NCBI GenBank assembly: GCA_016188575.1
Contig: JACPHN010000265.1
Span: forward strand, 13,554 to 77,553
Reading direction: 5' to 3'
DNA: 64,000 bases
Origin: Candidatus Schekmanbacteria bacterium
Lineage (GTDB): Bacteria > CSSED10-310 > JACPHN01
The notes beneath the pieces were generated by a model, which was given only the letters and a program-made list of their open reading frames with translations, did no database searches and was not told the DNA's origin. Position 1 is the first letter of the stretch. Each line of letters opens with the position of its first letter. Position numbers and translations under genes: made by a program. Shown piece by piece: positions 21,747 to 31,928 of the stretch.

Positions 21747-23066
21747 CTACGCCGCGTCGCCGCCGCTCTTGCGCGCCAGATACGTGTCGCGCGAGATGAG
21801 GTCGTCGTTGCCCGGGCGTGCCCCGAGATACAGCAGCGCCATGACGCCGTTCTGCATCGCCATCACCACCGCGAGCAGTGAGGCATAAAACAAGCCGATC
21901 CAGATTCCCGTGGGGAACAGGCCGATCACCGATCCTCCCGGCATCTGCACCATGTCCAGGCCGCCGCCGGCCATGAGCATCTGCATTCCGAGGAGGCTCG
22001 GAAACCCTGAGATCCCGCCGGTGATGCCCACCGGGATGGAGAGCGCGACCATGCCGACCCACATCACGAGCATTGCCACCAGCGACAGCGCCATGCTGGG
22101 CAGGATCGCCCACAACAGGAGCCGGACCACCGCGGAGCGAACCAGGTTGAAGAGCACCTGCATCGTCTCCATGACGGTCGTTTCTTCGAAGGCCACGATG
22201 ATGGGGGCGAAGGTCCAAGCCAGCGCGGCGGCAACAATCAAGAACACGGTGGCCAAACCCAGCGCGAGGTGGACGCCGAAAATCAGCCCCGTCAGGATGG
22301 GACCAGCGTACGGGATCAGCGCGACGACGCCCAGCAGGCCCAGCACGATGAGCGGGGCCGCGATGGTCACGCTGACGATGATGGGGGTCAGCGCCAGCGA
22401 CACCGCATGTTGCCGCGCCCAGGCCAGGGCCACTCCAAAGGCCGGAGAGCTACCTTCCAGGATTTTTTCGCGCGCCTGAAAGCTGAGCGCCCCGAGGCCG
22501 ACAAAGGAAATGGCGATGGCAGCAGCGGCGCCGGCGACCACAAACGGCAACGCCAACACCGCGGTAACCCGCGCCGCGATCAACGCGATGCCGAACAGAA
22601 TGCCACCTACGAGCGTCGTCGCTCCGAACGACGCCAGCGCGACCAGCGCGCGGTTGCGATCGAATCCGAGCGCGAAGCCGCCCCATACGTCCCGCCAGCC
22701 GATGCGGTGCGGCTGCTTGAATCGTAATGGGAGCTCATCCGGGAAAAAGCGGTCGATGATGCTGCCTTGCGCCGCCGGCCGCGAGCTCGTGGACCCATCA
22801 TCGCGGCTTGAGCCGGTATCGAAGGCACCAGCTCCCCGGTTCATGCCCGTGCTCGGCTCGAACCCGGAAGGGGCGGGCCCACCGGTGCGGAATAGCGATG
22901 CAAACTCCGGCAGGCCGCCGAGCGAAGTCCAGCCCTCCATGCCTTGAGTCCATACCTTGGTGGAGTCGGGCAGGTTCTCTGCCGTGATCCGCCGCCGCAG
23001 CTCGTCGTCCGTGAGTGGGCCGACGCGCTGACCACCGAGAGCAACGTACCATGATTTCCCTGCCAT
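21747..23066 (-). CDS. GYF_2 (DUF4339) domain polytopic membrane protein
   Basis: WYVALGGQRVGP...KVWTQGMEGW...LPEF followed by about 6-7 TM helices. Confidence 0.82.
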   Translation of the reverse strand: MAGKSWYVALGGQRVGPLTDDELRRRITAENLPDSTKVWTQGMEGWTSLGGLPEFASLFRTGGPAPSGFEPSTGMNRGAGAFDTGSSRDDGSTSSRPAAQGSIIDRFFPDELPLRFKQPHRIGWRDVWGGFALGFDRNRALVALASFGATTLVGGILFGIALIAARVTAVLALPFVVAGAAAAIAISFVGLGALSFQAREKILEGSSPAFGVALAWARQHAVSLALTPIIVSVTIAAPLIVLGLLGVVALIPYAGPILTGLIFGVHLALGLATVFLIVAAALAWTFAPIIVAFEETTVMETMQVLFNLVRSAVVRLLLWAILPSMALSLVAMLVMWVGMVALSIPVGITGGISGFPSLLGMQMLMAGGGLDMVQMPGGSVIGLFPTGIWIGLFYASLLAVVMAMQNGVMALLYLGARPGNDDLISRDTYLARKSGGDAA

Positions 23067-23120
23067 TGCGTGTTCTCCGTACGGAATCCGACCGTGGTGC
23101 CCGAACTACCCGAGGTCGCG

Positions 23121-24254
23121 CTACCCCTTGTCGAGCGTGTGCTCGATGGACTCCCTCAGGCGCTGGAAAATGCCCTTCTTTTCTCCCGAGACAGCCTGCT
23201 CTTCAGTCTCGGCAAACTCGCGCAGAAGCTCTTCCTGTCGCGGCGTCAGGTTGGCGGGCGTGCGCACCAGGAACTGAACGATCAGGTCGCCGCGGCCGAA
23301 GCCGCGAAGGCTCGAAACGCCCTTGCCCTTGAGCCGCTTGGTGTCGCCGGTTTGGGTGCCGCGCGCGACGCTCAGGCGCTCCTCGCCCTCCAACGTCGGA
23401 ATGGCGACGTCGGCGCCGAGCGCGGCCTGCGTCATGGTGATGATGGCCGGGTGCACAAGGTCGTCGCCACTGCGCTCAAAATCCGGATGGGCCCTGACGT
23501 GGATCGCGACGTAGAGGTCGCCGGCGGGCGCACCGGCGTCGCCGGCTTCACCCTCCCCGCCCAGGCGAAGCTTGCACCCGGTATCGACGCCGGCCGGAAT
23601 TTTGACGTTGAGCGTCCGGGGCCGCTGCACGCGCCCGCGACCCCGGCAGGCGACGCAAGGGTCGCGGTTTACCATGCCCGCCCCGCCGCAAGTCGGGCAT
23701 GTGGTCCTGACCGTGAAGAAGCCTTGCGTGGCGGTAACCTGGCCCGCGCCACCACACGTTCCGCATCGCGCCGGCTTCGTTCCCGGCTCCGCGCCGGAAC
23801 CGCCGCACTTGTCGCACAGAACGTAGCCGCTCACCTCGATCTGCTTGTCGCACCCAAAGGCAGCCTCTGCGAGGTCGAGCTCCAGGTCGTGGCGAATGTG
23901 CGTACCCTGGCGCCCACGCCTCCGGCCGGTCCGACTGAACCCGAAGAGATCGCCCAGGTCGCCGAAAATATCGCCGAAGGCGCCGAAAATGTCGTCGAAA
24001 CCGGTGAACGGCTGGTACCCTCTTCCCTTCAGCCCCTCGATGCCAAACTGGTCAAAAACCTGGCGCTTCTTGGGATCCGAAAGTACCTGATAGGCCTCGG
24101 CGGCCAGCTTGAACTGCTCCTCCGCCTCCTTGTTCCCCGGGTTTCGGTCGGGGTGATACTTGAGCGCGCACTGGCGGTAGGCTTTCTTGATGTCGGCCTC
24201 GCTGGCGGAACGCTGAAGTCCAAGCACCTCGTAGTAGTCAGGTTGGGTCATCAC
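23121..24254 (-). CDS. dnaJ: Chaperone DnaJ (class A)
   Basis: J domain with HPD, G/F region, four CxxCxGxG repeats, C-terminal domain. Confidence 0.95.
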   Translation of the reverse strand: MMTQPDYYEVLGLQRSASEADIKKAYRQCALKYHPDRNPGNKEAEEQFKLAAEAYQVLSDPKKRQVFDQFGIEGLKGRGYQPFTGFDDIFGAFGDIFGDLGDLFGFSRTGRRRGRQGTHIRHDLELDLAEAAFGCDKQIEVSGYVLCDKCGGSGAEPGTKPARCGTCGGAGQVTATQGFFTVRTTCPTCGGAGMVNRDPCVACRGRGRVQRPRTLNVKIPAGVDTGCKLRLGGEGEAGDAGAPAGDLYVAIHVRAHPDFERSGDDLVHPAIITMTQAALGADVAIPTLEGEERLSVARGTQTGDTKRLKGKGVSSLRGFGRGDLIVQFLVRTPANLTPRQEELLREFAETEEQAVSGEKKGIFQRLRESIEHTLDKG

Positions 24255-24282
24255 CGCATCTCCGAAGGCGCACGGGGTCGCA

Positions 24283-25425
24283 TTACGTGCGCGGATTCTC
24301 AGGATTCAGGCGTGCGAACTCGGTCAGGATGTCGCGCGAGCGCTTGTCCAGGTTCTTGGGGACAGTGACGCGGATCTTTATGTACTGATCGCCGCGGCCA
24401 CCGCCTTTGAGGTGGGGAACGCCGCGCTCGCGAAGCCGAAAGAGCTGCCCGCTCTGGGCTCCGGGCGGCAAGGTCATGGTCGATTCGCCATCGATGGTCG
24501 GTACGTCCAACCTGGCGCCGAGGGCGGCCTCGACGTAGGTTACCGGCACTTCCACGTAGAGATTGTCGCCCTTGCGCTCGAACTGCGGGTGCGGCTGCAC
24601 GCGGGTGACGATGAACAGGTCACCGGCCGGGCCGCCGTTGATGCCGGGCTCGCCCTTGCCACTGAGGCGGATCTTCGAGCCGGTGTCGACGCCGGGTGGG
24701 ATCTTGACGGTCAGTCGCTCCGTGCCCGCCTGGCTCCCCCTGCCGCCGCACTCACCGCAGATCTTCGCGGTGATGGTGCCGCTGCCGGCGCAGCGGGAGC
24801 ACGGCTGCTCGTAGCTCAGTGGACCTCTGGTGGCGCTTTGCCGCCCGGTGCCGCCGCACTGCGGGCAGGCAATCTTGCCGCCACCGGGCTGGGTTCCCAC
24901 GCCTTTGCACTGCGCGCACACTTCACTTCGCTGAAAGCTGATGGTTGCCGAGACACCGCGGATCGCGTCCTCGAAGCCGATGTCCATGCTATATTGAATG
25001 TCCTTGCCCTTTTGCGGCGACCGCTCGGCGCCGGGCGGGGAGTCCTTTCGGCTCCACCCTCCGAACAGATCGCCGAGGATGTCGGCAAAGCCGCGGCCCG
25101 GACCAGGGTTTCCGGCGCCGCCGCCGAACTTGGAAAAATCGAAGCCCTCGAAGTCAAAGCCCTGGGGGCGCCGGGCCGAGCCGCGCGGACTCGAGGCGCC
25201 GGCGCCAAAGGCCGCCTCGCCAAACCGGTCGTACTCTTTGCGCTTGTCAGCATCAGACAGAATGCCGTAGGCCTCCGCAATTTCCTTGAAGCGGCCCTCC
25301 GCATTCTTGTCCCCGGGATTGACGTCGGGATGGTACTTACGCGCCAGCTTGCGGTACGCTTGCCGGATCTCCTTCAGCGTCGCCGTTCGCGACACGCCCA
25401 GCGTCTTGTAGAGGTCTCTGCCCAT
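24283..25425 (-). CDS. dnaJ: Chaperone DnaJ (class A), second paralog
   Basis: HPD, G/F region, four CxxCxGxG repeats. Confidence 0.93.
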   Translation of the reverse strand: MGRDLYKTLGVSRTATLKEIRQAYRKLARKYHPDVNPGDKNAEGRFKEIAEAYGILSDADKRKEYDRFGEAAFGAGASSPRGSARRPQGFDFEGFDFSKFGGGAGNPGPGRGFADILGDLFGGWSRKDSPPGAERSPQKGKDIQYSMDIGFEDAIRGVSATISFQRSEVCAQCKGVGTQPGGGKIACPQCGGTGRQSATRGPLSYEQPCSRCAGSGTITAKICGECGGRGSQAGTERLTVKIPPGVDTGSKIRLSGKGEPGINGGPAGDLFIVTRVQPHPQFERKGDNLYVEVPVTYVEAALGARLDVPTIDGESTMTLPPGAQSGQLFRLRERGVPHLKGGGRGDQYIKIRVTVPKNLDKRSRDILTEFARLNPENPRT

Positions 25426-25472
25426 CGAAGTTTAGTTCTCGGCCGGAATTTACGAGATGTTCATGGGTAGAT

Positions 25473-25502
25473 AATATAAGATTTGAGTGCGTTATTGTCA
25501 AC
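25473..25502 (-). promoter_or_regulatory. Sigma70 promoter overlapped by a HAIR-like (HspR) operator
   Basis: Minus strand TTGACA-N17-TATATT (25501-25473). Plus strand TTTGAGT-N7-TGTCAAC (25482-25502) versus HAIR consensus CTTGAGT-N7-ACTCAAG. Confidence 0.7.
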
Positions 25503-26361
25503 CCGAGGCGCGCGGATCCAAAATGTCGCGCAAGCCGTCCCCCAGCAAGTTGAAACCCAGCACCGCCAGAAAGACCGCTACCCCAGGAAACGTCACCACC
25601 CACCACGCCGACAGAAAGTCCTGAAAGCCCTCGTGGAGCAAGGCGCCCCATTCCGGTGTCGGCGGGCGGGCTCCCAGGCCCAGAAAACTGAGCCCCGCGG
25701 CGTCCAGGATCGCCGTGGCAAAGCCCATCGTGCACTGCACGATGAGCGGGCTGAGGCAGTTCGGCATCACCGTCCGGCTCAGCACGCGCAGGTCGCTGGC
25801 GCCCAGAGCCGCGCTGGCCGCCACGTACTCCCGCACGCGCACGGTCAGCACCGAACCGCGCACCAGCCGTGCGTACTGGGGAATCGCCACGATCCCCACG
25901 GCAATCATCGCGTTGATGAGGCCCGGACCCAGGGTCGCGACAATCACGATGGCAAGCAGAATGCTCGGAAACGCGAGCATGACATCCATCACCCGCATGA
26001 TGGCATTGTCCGTCGCCGGGAAGAAGCCTGCGATTGCCCCCAGAAAGACGCCAAACAGCGCGGCGATGCCGACGGAAACGACGCCGATCTGCAGTGAATA
26101 GCGCGCGCCGTGGAGAATCCTGCTGAGAATGTCCCGCCCCAGGCCGTCGGTGCCAAGCAGGTGGTCCGCGGTGCCGCCCGGGAGATGCCACGGGGGTCGA
26201 AAGGCCGCGCTCAGGTCCTGCTCGAACGGACCGTGCGGGCTCAGCCACGGGCTCAGGGCGCTGAGCGCGACAAAGGCGGCGACGAGCAACAGACCGATCG
26301 AGGCTCCGCGATGTCGCAGCACGTCCCGAGCTATCCTGCGGCGCCCGCTCACCACCGTCAC
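25498..26361 (-). CDS. dppC: Peptide/nickel ABC transporter permease (DppC/OppC)
   Basis: HLLGTDGLGRD, EAA loop (YVAASAALGA), LSFLGLG...PEWG. Confidence 0.9.
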   Translation of the reverse strand: MTVVSGRRRIARDVLRHRGASIGLLLVAAFVALSALSPWLSPHGPFEQDLSAAFRPPWHLPGGTADHLLGTDGLGRDILSRILHGARYSLQIGVVSVGIAALFGVFLGAIAGFFPATDNAIMRVMDVMLAFPSILLAIVIVATLGPGLINAMIAVGIVAIPQYARLVRGSVLTVRVREYVAASAALGASDLRVLSRTVMPNCLSPLIVQCTMGFATAILDAAGLSFLGLGARPPTPEWGALLHEGFQDFLSAWWVVTFPGVAVFLAVLGFNLLGDGLRDILDPRASG

Positions 26362-27419
26362 TCCGAAGCCAGGCGGAGACGCGGGTCGACCGCCGCGTAG
26401 AGGAGGTCAACGAGCAGATTGGCGAGCACGAAAAGGACCGCGACCAGCAGCGTTCCCCCCTGGACGGCGGGGAAGTCGCGCGCCATGACCGCGCCGACCA
26501 GCCAGCGGCCGATGCCCGGCCAGGCGAAAATCGTCTCGGTCAGCACCGCCCCGCCGAGCAGATAGCCGAACTGCAGCCCGATGGTCGTCAACACTGGAAT
26601 CAGCGCGTTGCGCAGTGCGTGCCGATAGGTTACCGAACGTTCCGAGGCGCCCTTGGCCCGCGCCGTGCGCACGTAGTCCTGCTGGAGCTCGGAAAGAAGC
26701 TCGGAGCGGGTCATGCGGGCGATGACGGCAAGTGGGATGGTGCCGAGCGTCACGGCGGGCAGCACGAGATGCCGGAGCGTCGACAGCAAGGCGCGTGCAT
26801 CGCCAGCAAGCAGCGAGTCGAGGATGGCCAACCCCGTGCGCCACGGTGGCGCGTGGTTGAGGTCCAGGCGACCGGACACGGGAAAACCGAACACGGGGAC
26901 GCCCGCTCCAAATCGCTCGCGCAGCCCCATCAACGTCTCAGGAAGCAGCACTGCGAACAGGAGGATGAGAATCAGGCCGAGCCAGAAGACCGGTAGCGAA
27001 ATCCCGCACAAGCTCCCCGTCATCGTCGCGACATCCACCCAGCCGCCGCGTCGGCGCGCCGCCACGGCCCCCGCGGCAATGCCGGCGGGCGCGGCGAGCA
27101 ACATGGCCGCCAGGGCCAGCTCCACGGTCGCAGGAAACCGCGCCGCAATCTCCTCGGTCACCGGCGTGTGCGACTTGATGGATCGCCCCAGGTCTCCGCG
27201 CAGCAGGTTCACCGCGTAGCGGACATACTGCTCGGCGATGGGCCGATCGAGCCCGAGCTCGACCCTGAGCGCCGCCACGGTCTCCGGCCGCGCGCGCTCA
27301 CCGAGCATGATTCGCGCCGGGTCGCCACCGCTCAGGTGCATCGTCGAAAAGACGAGCACGGATACGCCGGCCAGTGTCGGCACGAGATAGACCAAGCGGC
27401 GCAGCGCAAATGCCATCAT
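26358..27419 (-). CDS. dppB: Peptide/nickel ABC transporter permease (DppB/OppB)
   Basis: GDPA, LGLDRP, GDLGRS, DYVRTARAKG, ETIFAWPGIG. Confidence 0.9.
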   Translation of the reverse strand: MMAFALRRLVYLVPTLAGVSVLVFSTMHLSGGDPARIMLGERARPETVAALRVELGLDRPIAEQYVRYAVNLLRGDLGRSIKSHTPVTEEIAARFPATVELALAAMLLAAPAGIAAGAVAARRRGGWVDVATMTGSLCGISLPVFWLGLILILLFAVLLPETLMGLRERFGAGVPVFGFPVSGRLDLNHAPPWRTGLAILDSLLAGDARALLSTLRHLVLPAVTLGTIPLAVIARMTRSELLSELQQDYVRTARAKGASERSVTYRHALRNALIPVLTTIGLQFGYLLGGAVLTETIFAWPGIGRWLVGAVMARDFPAVQGGTLLVAVLFVLANLLVDLLYAAVDPRLRLASE

Positions 27420-27643
27420 GGCGCGACTCTGGCGAGCTGAAGCAGGTCGCGACCGCGCCCGGACCGCGGCGCCCCGCACCGCGCGCAGCCCGCGACCGGA
27501 GCCCCGCGGGTGCGGGCACGCGCGAGAAACTCGCCCCGCGCGCTGGCCGGGCTCAATCCGCGCCCATCAAACACCGGTGCGCCGGCGTCCCCAGCCGCTG
27601 CTCGAGCTCCGATCGTGGCACCTGCGTTTGCGCTCACCTGGTC

Positions 27644-28159
27644 TCAAATCATGAACATGGCGAGAAAGCCGCCCGCCAGGCCCGTCAGTGCGTACAGCTC
27701 CGGCACGCCCGTCGCCAGCAGCGCCTGCCCTGAGTCCATCTGCCCGTTATTGATTGACTTGATGCACGCCGCCGCCACGCGCGCCTGGCCGAACGCGGAC
27801 ATCAGGCACGGCAACCCGCACAGGACGCCGGCCAGCGCCACCTGAAACGGCTTTTCCGTCATGTTTTGCATCATCAGAAACGAAATCGCGAAGGAGTACA
27901 GTCCCTGTGAACCCGGCATCAGCGCCGGGATAAACGCCGCCCCCCGCGCCTCTCGCTCACACGCGGCGTACGCGCCCAAGGAGATCGCCAGCGTGTAGCC
28001 CGAGCTCAGGATGCCAGAGCCGATCACCATGAAGGAAATAAAGAGCATGATCTGGTGCATGGGGGAAAGTGCCGTGACACCGCTTGCCGCCCCCTCGGCG
28101 TAGGCAGGCGTAGCGACGACCACGAGCAGCAACGGTAGAAGCTTCGGCAGTCTCTTCAT
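27644..28159 (-). CDS. atpK: V/A-type ATP synthase subunit K (c, proteolipid)
   Basis: Start ATG 28159, overlapping the subunit I stop. Four-TM proteolipid with PGSQGLY and GVPELYAL (essential Glu); N-terminal signal-like extension. Confidence 0.88.
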   Translation of the reverse strand: MKRLPKLLPLLLVVVATPAYAEGAASGVTALSPMHQIMLFISFMVIGSGILSSGYTLAISLGAYAACEREARGAAFIPALMPGSQGLYSFAISFLMMQNMTEKPFQVALAGVLCGLPCLMSAFGQARVAAACIKSINNGQMDSGQALLATGVPELYALTGLAGGFLAMFMI

Positions 28160-29970
28160 GCGATGAAACCTCTGCGGAACGGATTGTAGAAATAGTGCCC
28201 ACCTTCGATGCACTTGCTCCCAAACTCCAGGAAGATGAGCCGGTTGGTGTGAATGTAGAGCGACAGCAGGGAGAGTAAAAAAACGAAGATGTGTCCGACG
28301 ACCGCGAACACCACCGTGGCCGCCATCGGCATGAGACCTGCAATCTTGTTGATGACCAGAGCGAGGATCGATCCCGAAAGCGCGATGCCGAACAGCCGCA
28401 TGTGACTCATGATATCCTGCAGCAGACCGGTAACTCCGGAATAGATGGTCCAGAGCACGTTTGGCACCTTGGCGTCGCGACCGAACACCGGATCCGGCCA
28501 GAGCACCCAGGCGCAGACCGCCACCGCGCTCAAGAGTAGCGCCAGGTTCGAGCCAACCGTGGCAATCAGCGCTACCGACGCTTCGCTGACTGGTTCGGCC
28601 GACAGCAGCGAGAGCATCGCGCCTCCCGCCTTGTGCGCCGCCATCAGCACCCCCAGGGCAACCACCAGAATCAGGCTGCCAAGCGCATTGGTGCGCACGC
28701 CGCGTTGCCAGATCGCAACGCTGTAGCTGAAGGCCATGGCGACGCCGCCGACGATCAATGAAAAACTGAAGCAAGACAGCGGATCGGCTGATAGCGGGAG
28801 AACGGGGTGCAAGTCGGGGTAGATCTGCTGGCCAACGACGAGGCCGAACACCTGCCCGCTCAGCGCGCCCACTATCGCCCCGAAGATTCCCGTGGTAAGG
28901 AAGACGCGATAAAAGTTTTCATTGCCCCGAACCTTCAGGCCAATTCCGGTCAAGAGCAGCAGCACGGCGTAGCCAGCGTCAAGCAGGCAGAGCGAGCCGA
29001 AAAGGATGAACAGGATACCGATGGTCCAGGTGATGTCCTTTTCGCGGTAATGGATTCCTGAAAAGGCGCGCAGCACGGACTCGTAGCCCGTGTTGATCCA
29101 GTTGTTCTTGAGCTTGACCGGAACCTTCTCCTGCGGCCCGGGTGGCGCCAGGGCGATGGCGACGGGCAGCTCCGACAGGGCGCTGCGCAGATCGAAGGCA
29201 TTCTCCGCCGGGACGTAGCCCTGAAAGGCCACGAGCGGCCCGTCGTTGAGGCTCTCATCCAGGGTTCGCAGGAGTTGGACGCGATCCGCGATCGCCTCCA
29301 ATCGCGACGCGAAGAGCGCTCCGTAGTGGGAATAACGGCCGAGCTGCCGGCGCTGTGCGGCGATCTGGTCGTGCATGTCCTCGCGCTGCTCGACCAGGGC
29401 CGACAGGCGCATCCGCGGCACCGCGATTGTGGATACGGGCAACGCGTCTGCCGCGGTCCCGAAAAACACCGCCCACACGCGCTCGTCGTCTTCGAACGCC
29501 ACCGCGTATGCGAGCTGTCTCTTGTCGATGGCGTACCACGTGCCGCGCGGCAGGGCGGCAAAACAGACCGGCACGCCACTCTTCTCCAGCGCCTCCAGCT
29601 CGTCCGGGTCGAAGTCTCCCCACGGGCGGAGCTGCTGAATCAGGGTTTCGGTGACGGCCAGGGCTTCGCGGGTATGCTCGAGCCGGCCGGCGATGTCCTC
29701 GACGATGCGCGCCACCTCGTCGGCGCTGCGTTCGGTGTCCTGCAGGCGCGCCGGCGCGGGCGCTACCGAGCCTAGCGCGTGGATGAGCCGCTGCAGGCGG
29801 TTGGCGAAATCGACCTCGTCGTTCGTTCCCGAATGAGCCGCGCGCACCTCGTCCGCCGAGGACAGGGGAACCACGTGGAGCACACCCACATCCTGAAGCG
29901 CCTCGAGCACCGTTTCGCTGTCCCGCTGATACGCGACCAGCGTTACCTTGAGCATTCGCTGCACGCTCAT
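28156..29970 (-). CDS. atpI: V/A-type ATP synthase subunit I (a)
   Basis: PWGDFD, VPVKLKN, DAGY, DIMSHMRLFGIAL, IHTNRLIFLEF. Start ATG 29970. Confidence 0.92.
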   Translation of the reverse strand: MSVQRMLKVTLVAYQRDSETVLEALQDVGVLHVVPLSSADEVRAAHSGTNDEVDFANRLQRLIHALGSVAPAPARLQDTERSADEVARIVEDIAGRLEHTREALAVTETLIQQLRPWGDFDPDELEALEKSGVPVCFAALPRGTWYAIDKRQLAYAVAFEDDERVWAVFFGTAADALPVSTIAVPRMRLSALVEQREDMHDQIAAQRRQLGRYSHYGALFASRLEAIADRVQLLRTLDESLNDGPLVAFQGYVPAENAFDLRSALSELPVAIALAPPGPQEKVPVKLKNNWINTGYESVLRAFSGIHYREKDITWTIGILFILFGSLCLLDAGYAVLLLLTGIGLKVRGNENFYRVFLTTGIFGAIVGALSGQVFGLVVGQQIYPDLHPVLPLSADPLSCFSFSLIVGGVAMAFSYSVAIWQRGVRTNALGSLILVVALGVLMAAHKAGGAMLSLLSAEPVSEASVALIATVGSNLALLLSAVAVCAWVLWPDPVFGRDAKVPNVLWTIYSGVTGLLQDIMSHMRLFGIALSGSILALVINKIAGLMPMAATVVFAVVGHIFVFLLSLLSLYIHTNRLIFLEFGSKCIEGGHYFYNPFRRGFIA

Positions 29971-29987
29971 GAGCTCGCCTCTCGTTC

Positions 29988-30608
29988 TCACACCGCCGCA
30001 GCCGCGGCCGCGGCCTGCTGCTTGCCTTTCGCGATCTTCCCGCGGCACACCGCGGCCACTTGCTGATCTCCGAGCGCGATCTTGATGCGGCGCACGGCTT
30101 CCTTGGTCTCGGGGATCAGCACTTTCTCGAAGAGGTTGACTTTCTGCGTCGCCTTGCGAAGCTCGTGGCCGATCAGGCGATACTGTTCGTTGAGGATCGC
30201 GATTTCCGTGTTCAACTGCACAAACGTCCGCAGCCTGGGAAGGGCGCGCAGCACCCACGGCGGGTTGCCGAAACGGGACACCCGCAGCGACGGAAAGACG
30301 ACCCGTTCCAGAGTCGGCACGCGCACGCCCGCCACGGATTTTTCCCCGATGACCAGTTCTTGCGCCTTCACGAGGTCGCGAACCGACAGCGGCAGGGGCT
30401 CGGGAAGCAGGCTGATCATGGACGCCGCCGCCGCCCGCGCCTGCTCAAAGGCCTCCGCGCGCGCCTGGAGCTCGCGCCTGAGCTTGAGTTGCTCGATCTG
30501 CAACTGCTCTTGCTTGAGCTTCAACACGGGGAGGAACTGAAGATAGATCTTCTCATCGCGGCGCAATCGCGTCAGCTCGGACTTGTTGAGCTTGAATTTT
30601 CGCGCCAT
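29988..30608 (-). CDS. atpD: V/A-type ATP synthase subunit D
   Basis: LPVLKLKQ, VAGVRVP, TQKVNLFEKVLIPE. Confidence 0.93.
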   Translation of the reverse strand: MARKFKLNKSELTRLRRDEKIYLQFLPVLKLKQEQLQIEQLKLRRELQARAEAFEQARAAAASMISLLPEPLPLSVRDLVKAQELVIGEKSVAGVRVPTLERVVFPSLRVSRFGNPPWVLRALPRLRTFVQLNTEIAILNEQYRLIGHELRKATQKVNLFEKVLIPETKEAVRRIKIALGDQQVAAVCRGKIAKGKQQAAAAAAAV

Positions 30609-30614
30609 ACCGCG

Positions 30615-31928
30615 TCACGCCGCCACGATTCGAGATTTTGGCCAGTATGCTTCGATCAACCTGTGGGACAGCGCAGCTTGTTGCGGGGTAAAATGGTTGG
30701 CGAGAATCTCCCAGCCGAGATCGAGCTGCTTCTGTAGCGGCAGATTCACCTCGAGGTCCATCATTCTCCGCTCAAATTCCTCGCCGTAGGCCAGCAGCTT
30801 CTGGTCGAAATCGGAGATCGAAAAACCCATGGACTGCTGCTGGCGCACCTTGCGGCAGGAGTCATAGAGCTGGATCATGGCGTTCATGAGCGGCGCGTGG
30901 TCTTCGCGCGTCCTCTTGTTGACGATTTGCTTCAGCCGCGACAGCGAGCCGAACGGGTCGATGACGCCGTTCTTGAGATAGAACTGGCCCTCCGTGATGT
31001 AGCCCGTGTTGTCCGGAACGGGGTGGGTGACGTCGTCGCCGGGCATGGTGGTGACCGCGAGGATCGTGATGGATCCGGACCCCTCGATGTCCACCGCCTT
31101 CTCGTAGCGAGCGGCGAGCTGTGAATAGAGGTCGCCGGGATAGCCGCGGTTGGCCGGGATCTGCTCCATGGCGACAGCGACTTCTTTCATCGCGTCGGAG
31201 AAGGCCGTCATGTCGGTGAGCAGCACGAGGACGCGCCGATTTGCGGTCGCGTATCGCTCGGCGGCCGCGAGTGCCATGTCGGGCACCATGATGCACTCCA
31301 CGACGGGGTCCGACGCCGTATGGATGAACATGATGGTGCGCTCTTTGTTGGGCGCGAGCTTGTCGCGGAAAAAGAGGTAGTCGTCGTACTTGAGCCCCAT
31401 GCCGCCGACGATGATAACGTCGGCCTCGGCCTGCAGGGCGATGCGCGCGAGCAGCGGGTTGTACGGCTCGCCCGCGACACTGAAGATCGGCAGCTTCTGG
31501 CTTTCGACCAGGCTATTGAACATGTCGATCATCGGGATTCCGGTCTGAATCATGCGGGTGGGCACGATGCGGCGCGCCGGGTTGAAGGAGGGGCCGCCGA
31601 TTTCGACTTTCTCGGCATCCTGAACCGGCGGACGGCCGTCGATCGGCTCGCCGACGCCGCTGAAGGTGCGCCCGAGAATGCTCTCGGCAGCGTACATGAG
31701 CTCGACCTGGTGGCCGAGAAACTCGACTTCGTCGCCGGTGCTGACGCCCTTGGAACCCGCGAACACCTGAAGCGTCACCTGATCGTCGCGCAGCTTGATC
31801 GTCTGCGCGTAGCTGGTGGCACCGTCACCGAGGCGAATACGCGCCAGCTCGCCGTACGCAATCCCTTTGGCCCGCAGCATCACCACGGGGCCGGTTATCT
31901 GCTCGATGTGTTGATAGATGCGCTTCAT
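30615..31928 (-). CDS. atpB: V/A-type ATP synthase subunit B
   Basis: [34 protein letters not shown]. Confidence 0.95.
   Translation of the reverse strand: MKRIYQHIEQITGPVVMLRAKGIAYGELARIRLGDGATSYAQTIKLRDDQVTLQVFAGSKGVSTGDEVEFLGHQVELMYAAESILGRTFSGVGEPIDGRPPVQDAEKVEIGGPSFNPARRIVPTRMIQTGIPMIDMFNSLVESQKLPIFSVAGEPYNPLLARIALQAEADVIIVGGMGLKYDDYLFFRDKLAPNKERTIMFIHTASDPVVECIMVPDMALAAAERYATANRRVLVLLTDMTAFSDAMKEVAVAMEQIPANRGYPGDLYSQLAARYEKAVDIEGSGSITILAVTTMPGDDVTHPVPDNTGYITEGQFYLKNGVIDPFGSLSRLKQIVNKRTREDHAPLMNAMIQLYDSCRKVRQQQSMGFSISDFDQKLLAYGEEFERRMMDLEVNLPLQKQLDLGWEILANHFTPQQAALSHRLIEAYWPKSRIVAA

Noticed and set aside
25430-25500. CIRCE (HrcA) element upstream of dnaJ
   Set aside because: Only a partial GCACTC half-site is present; there is no TTAGCACTC-N9-GAGTGCTAA.
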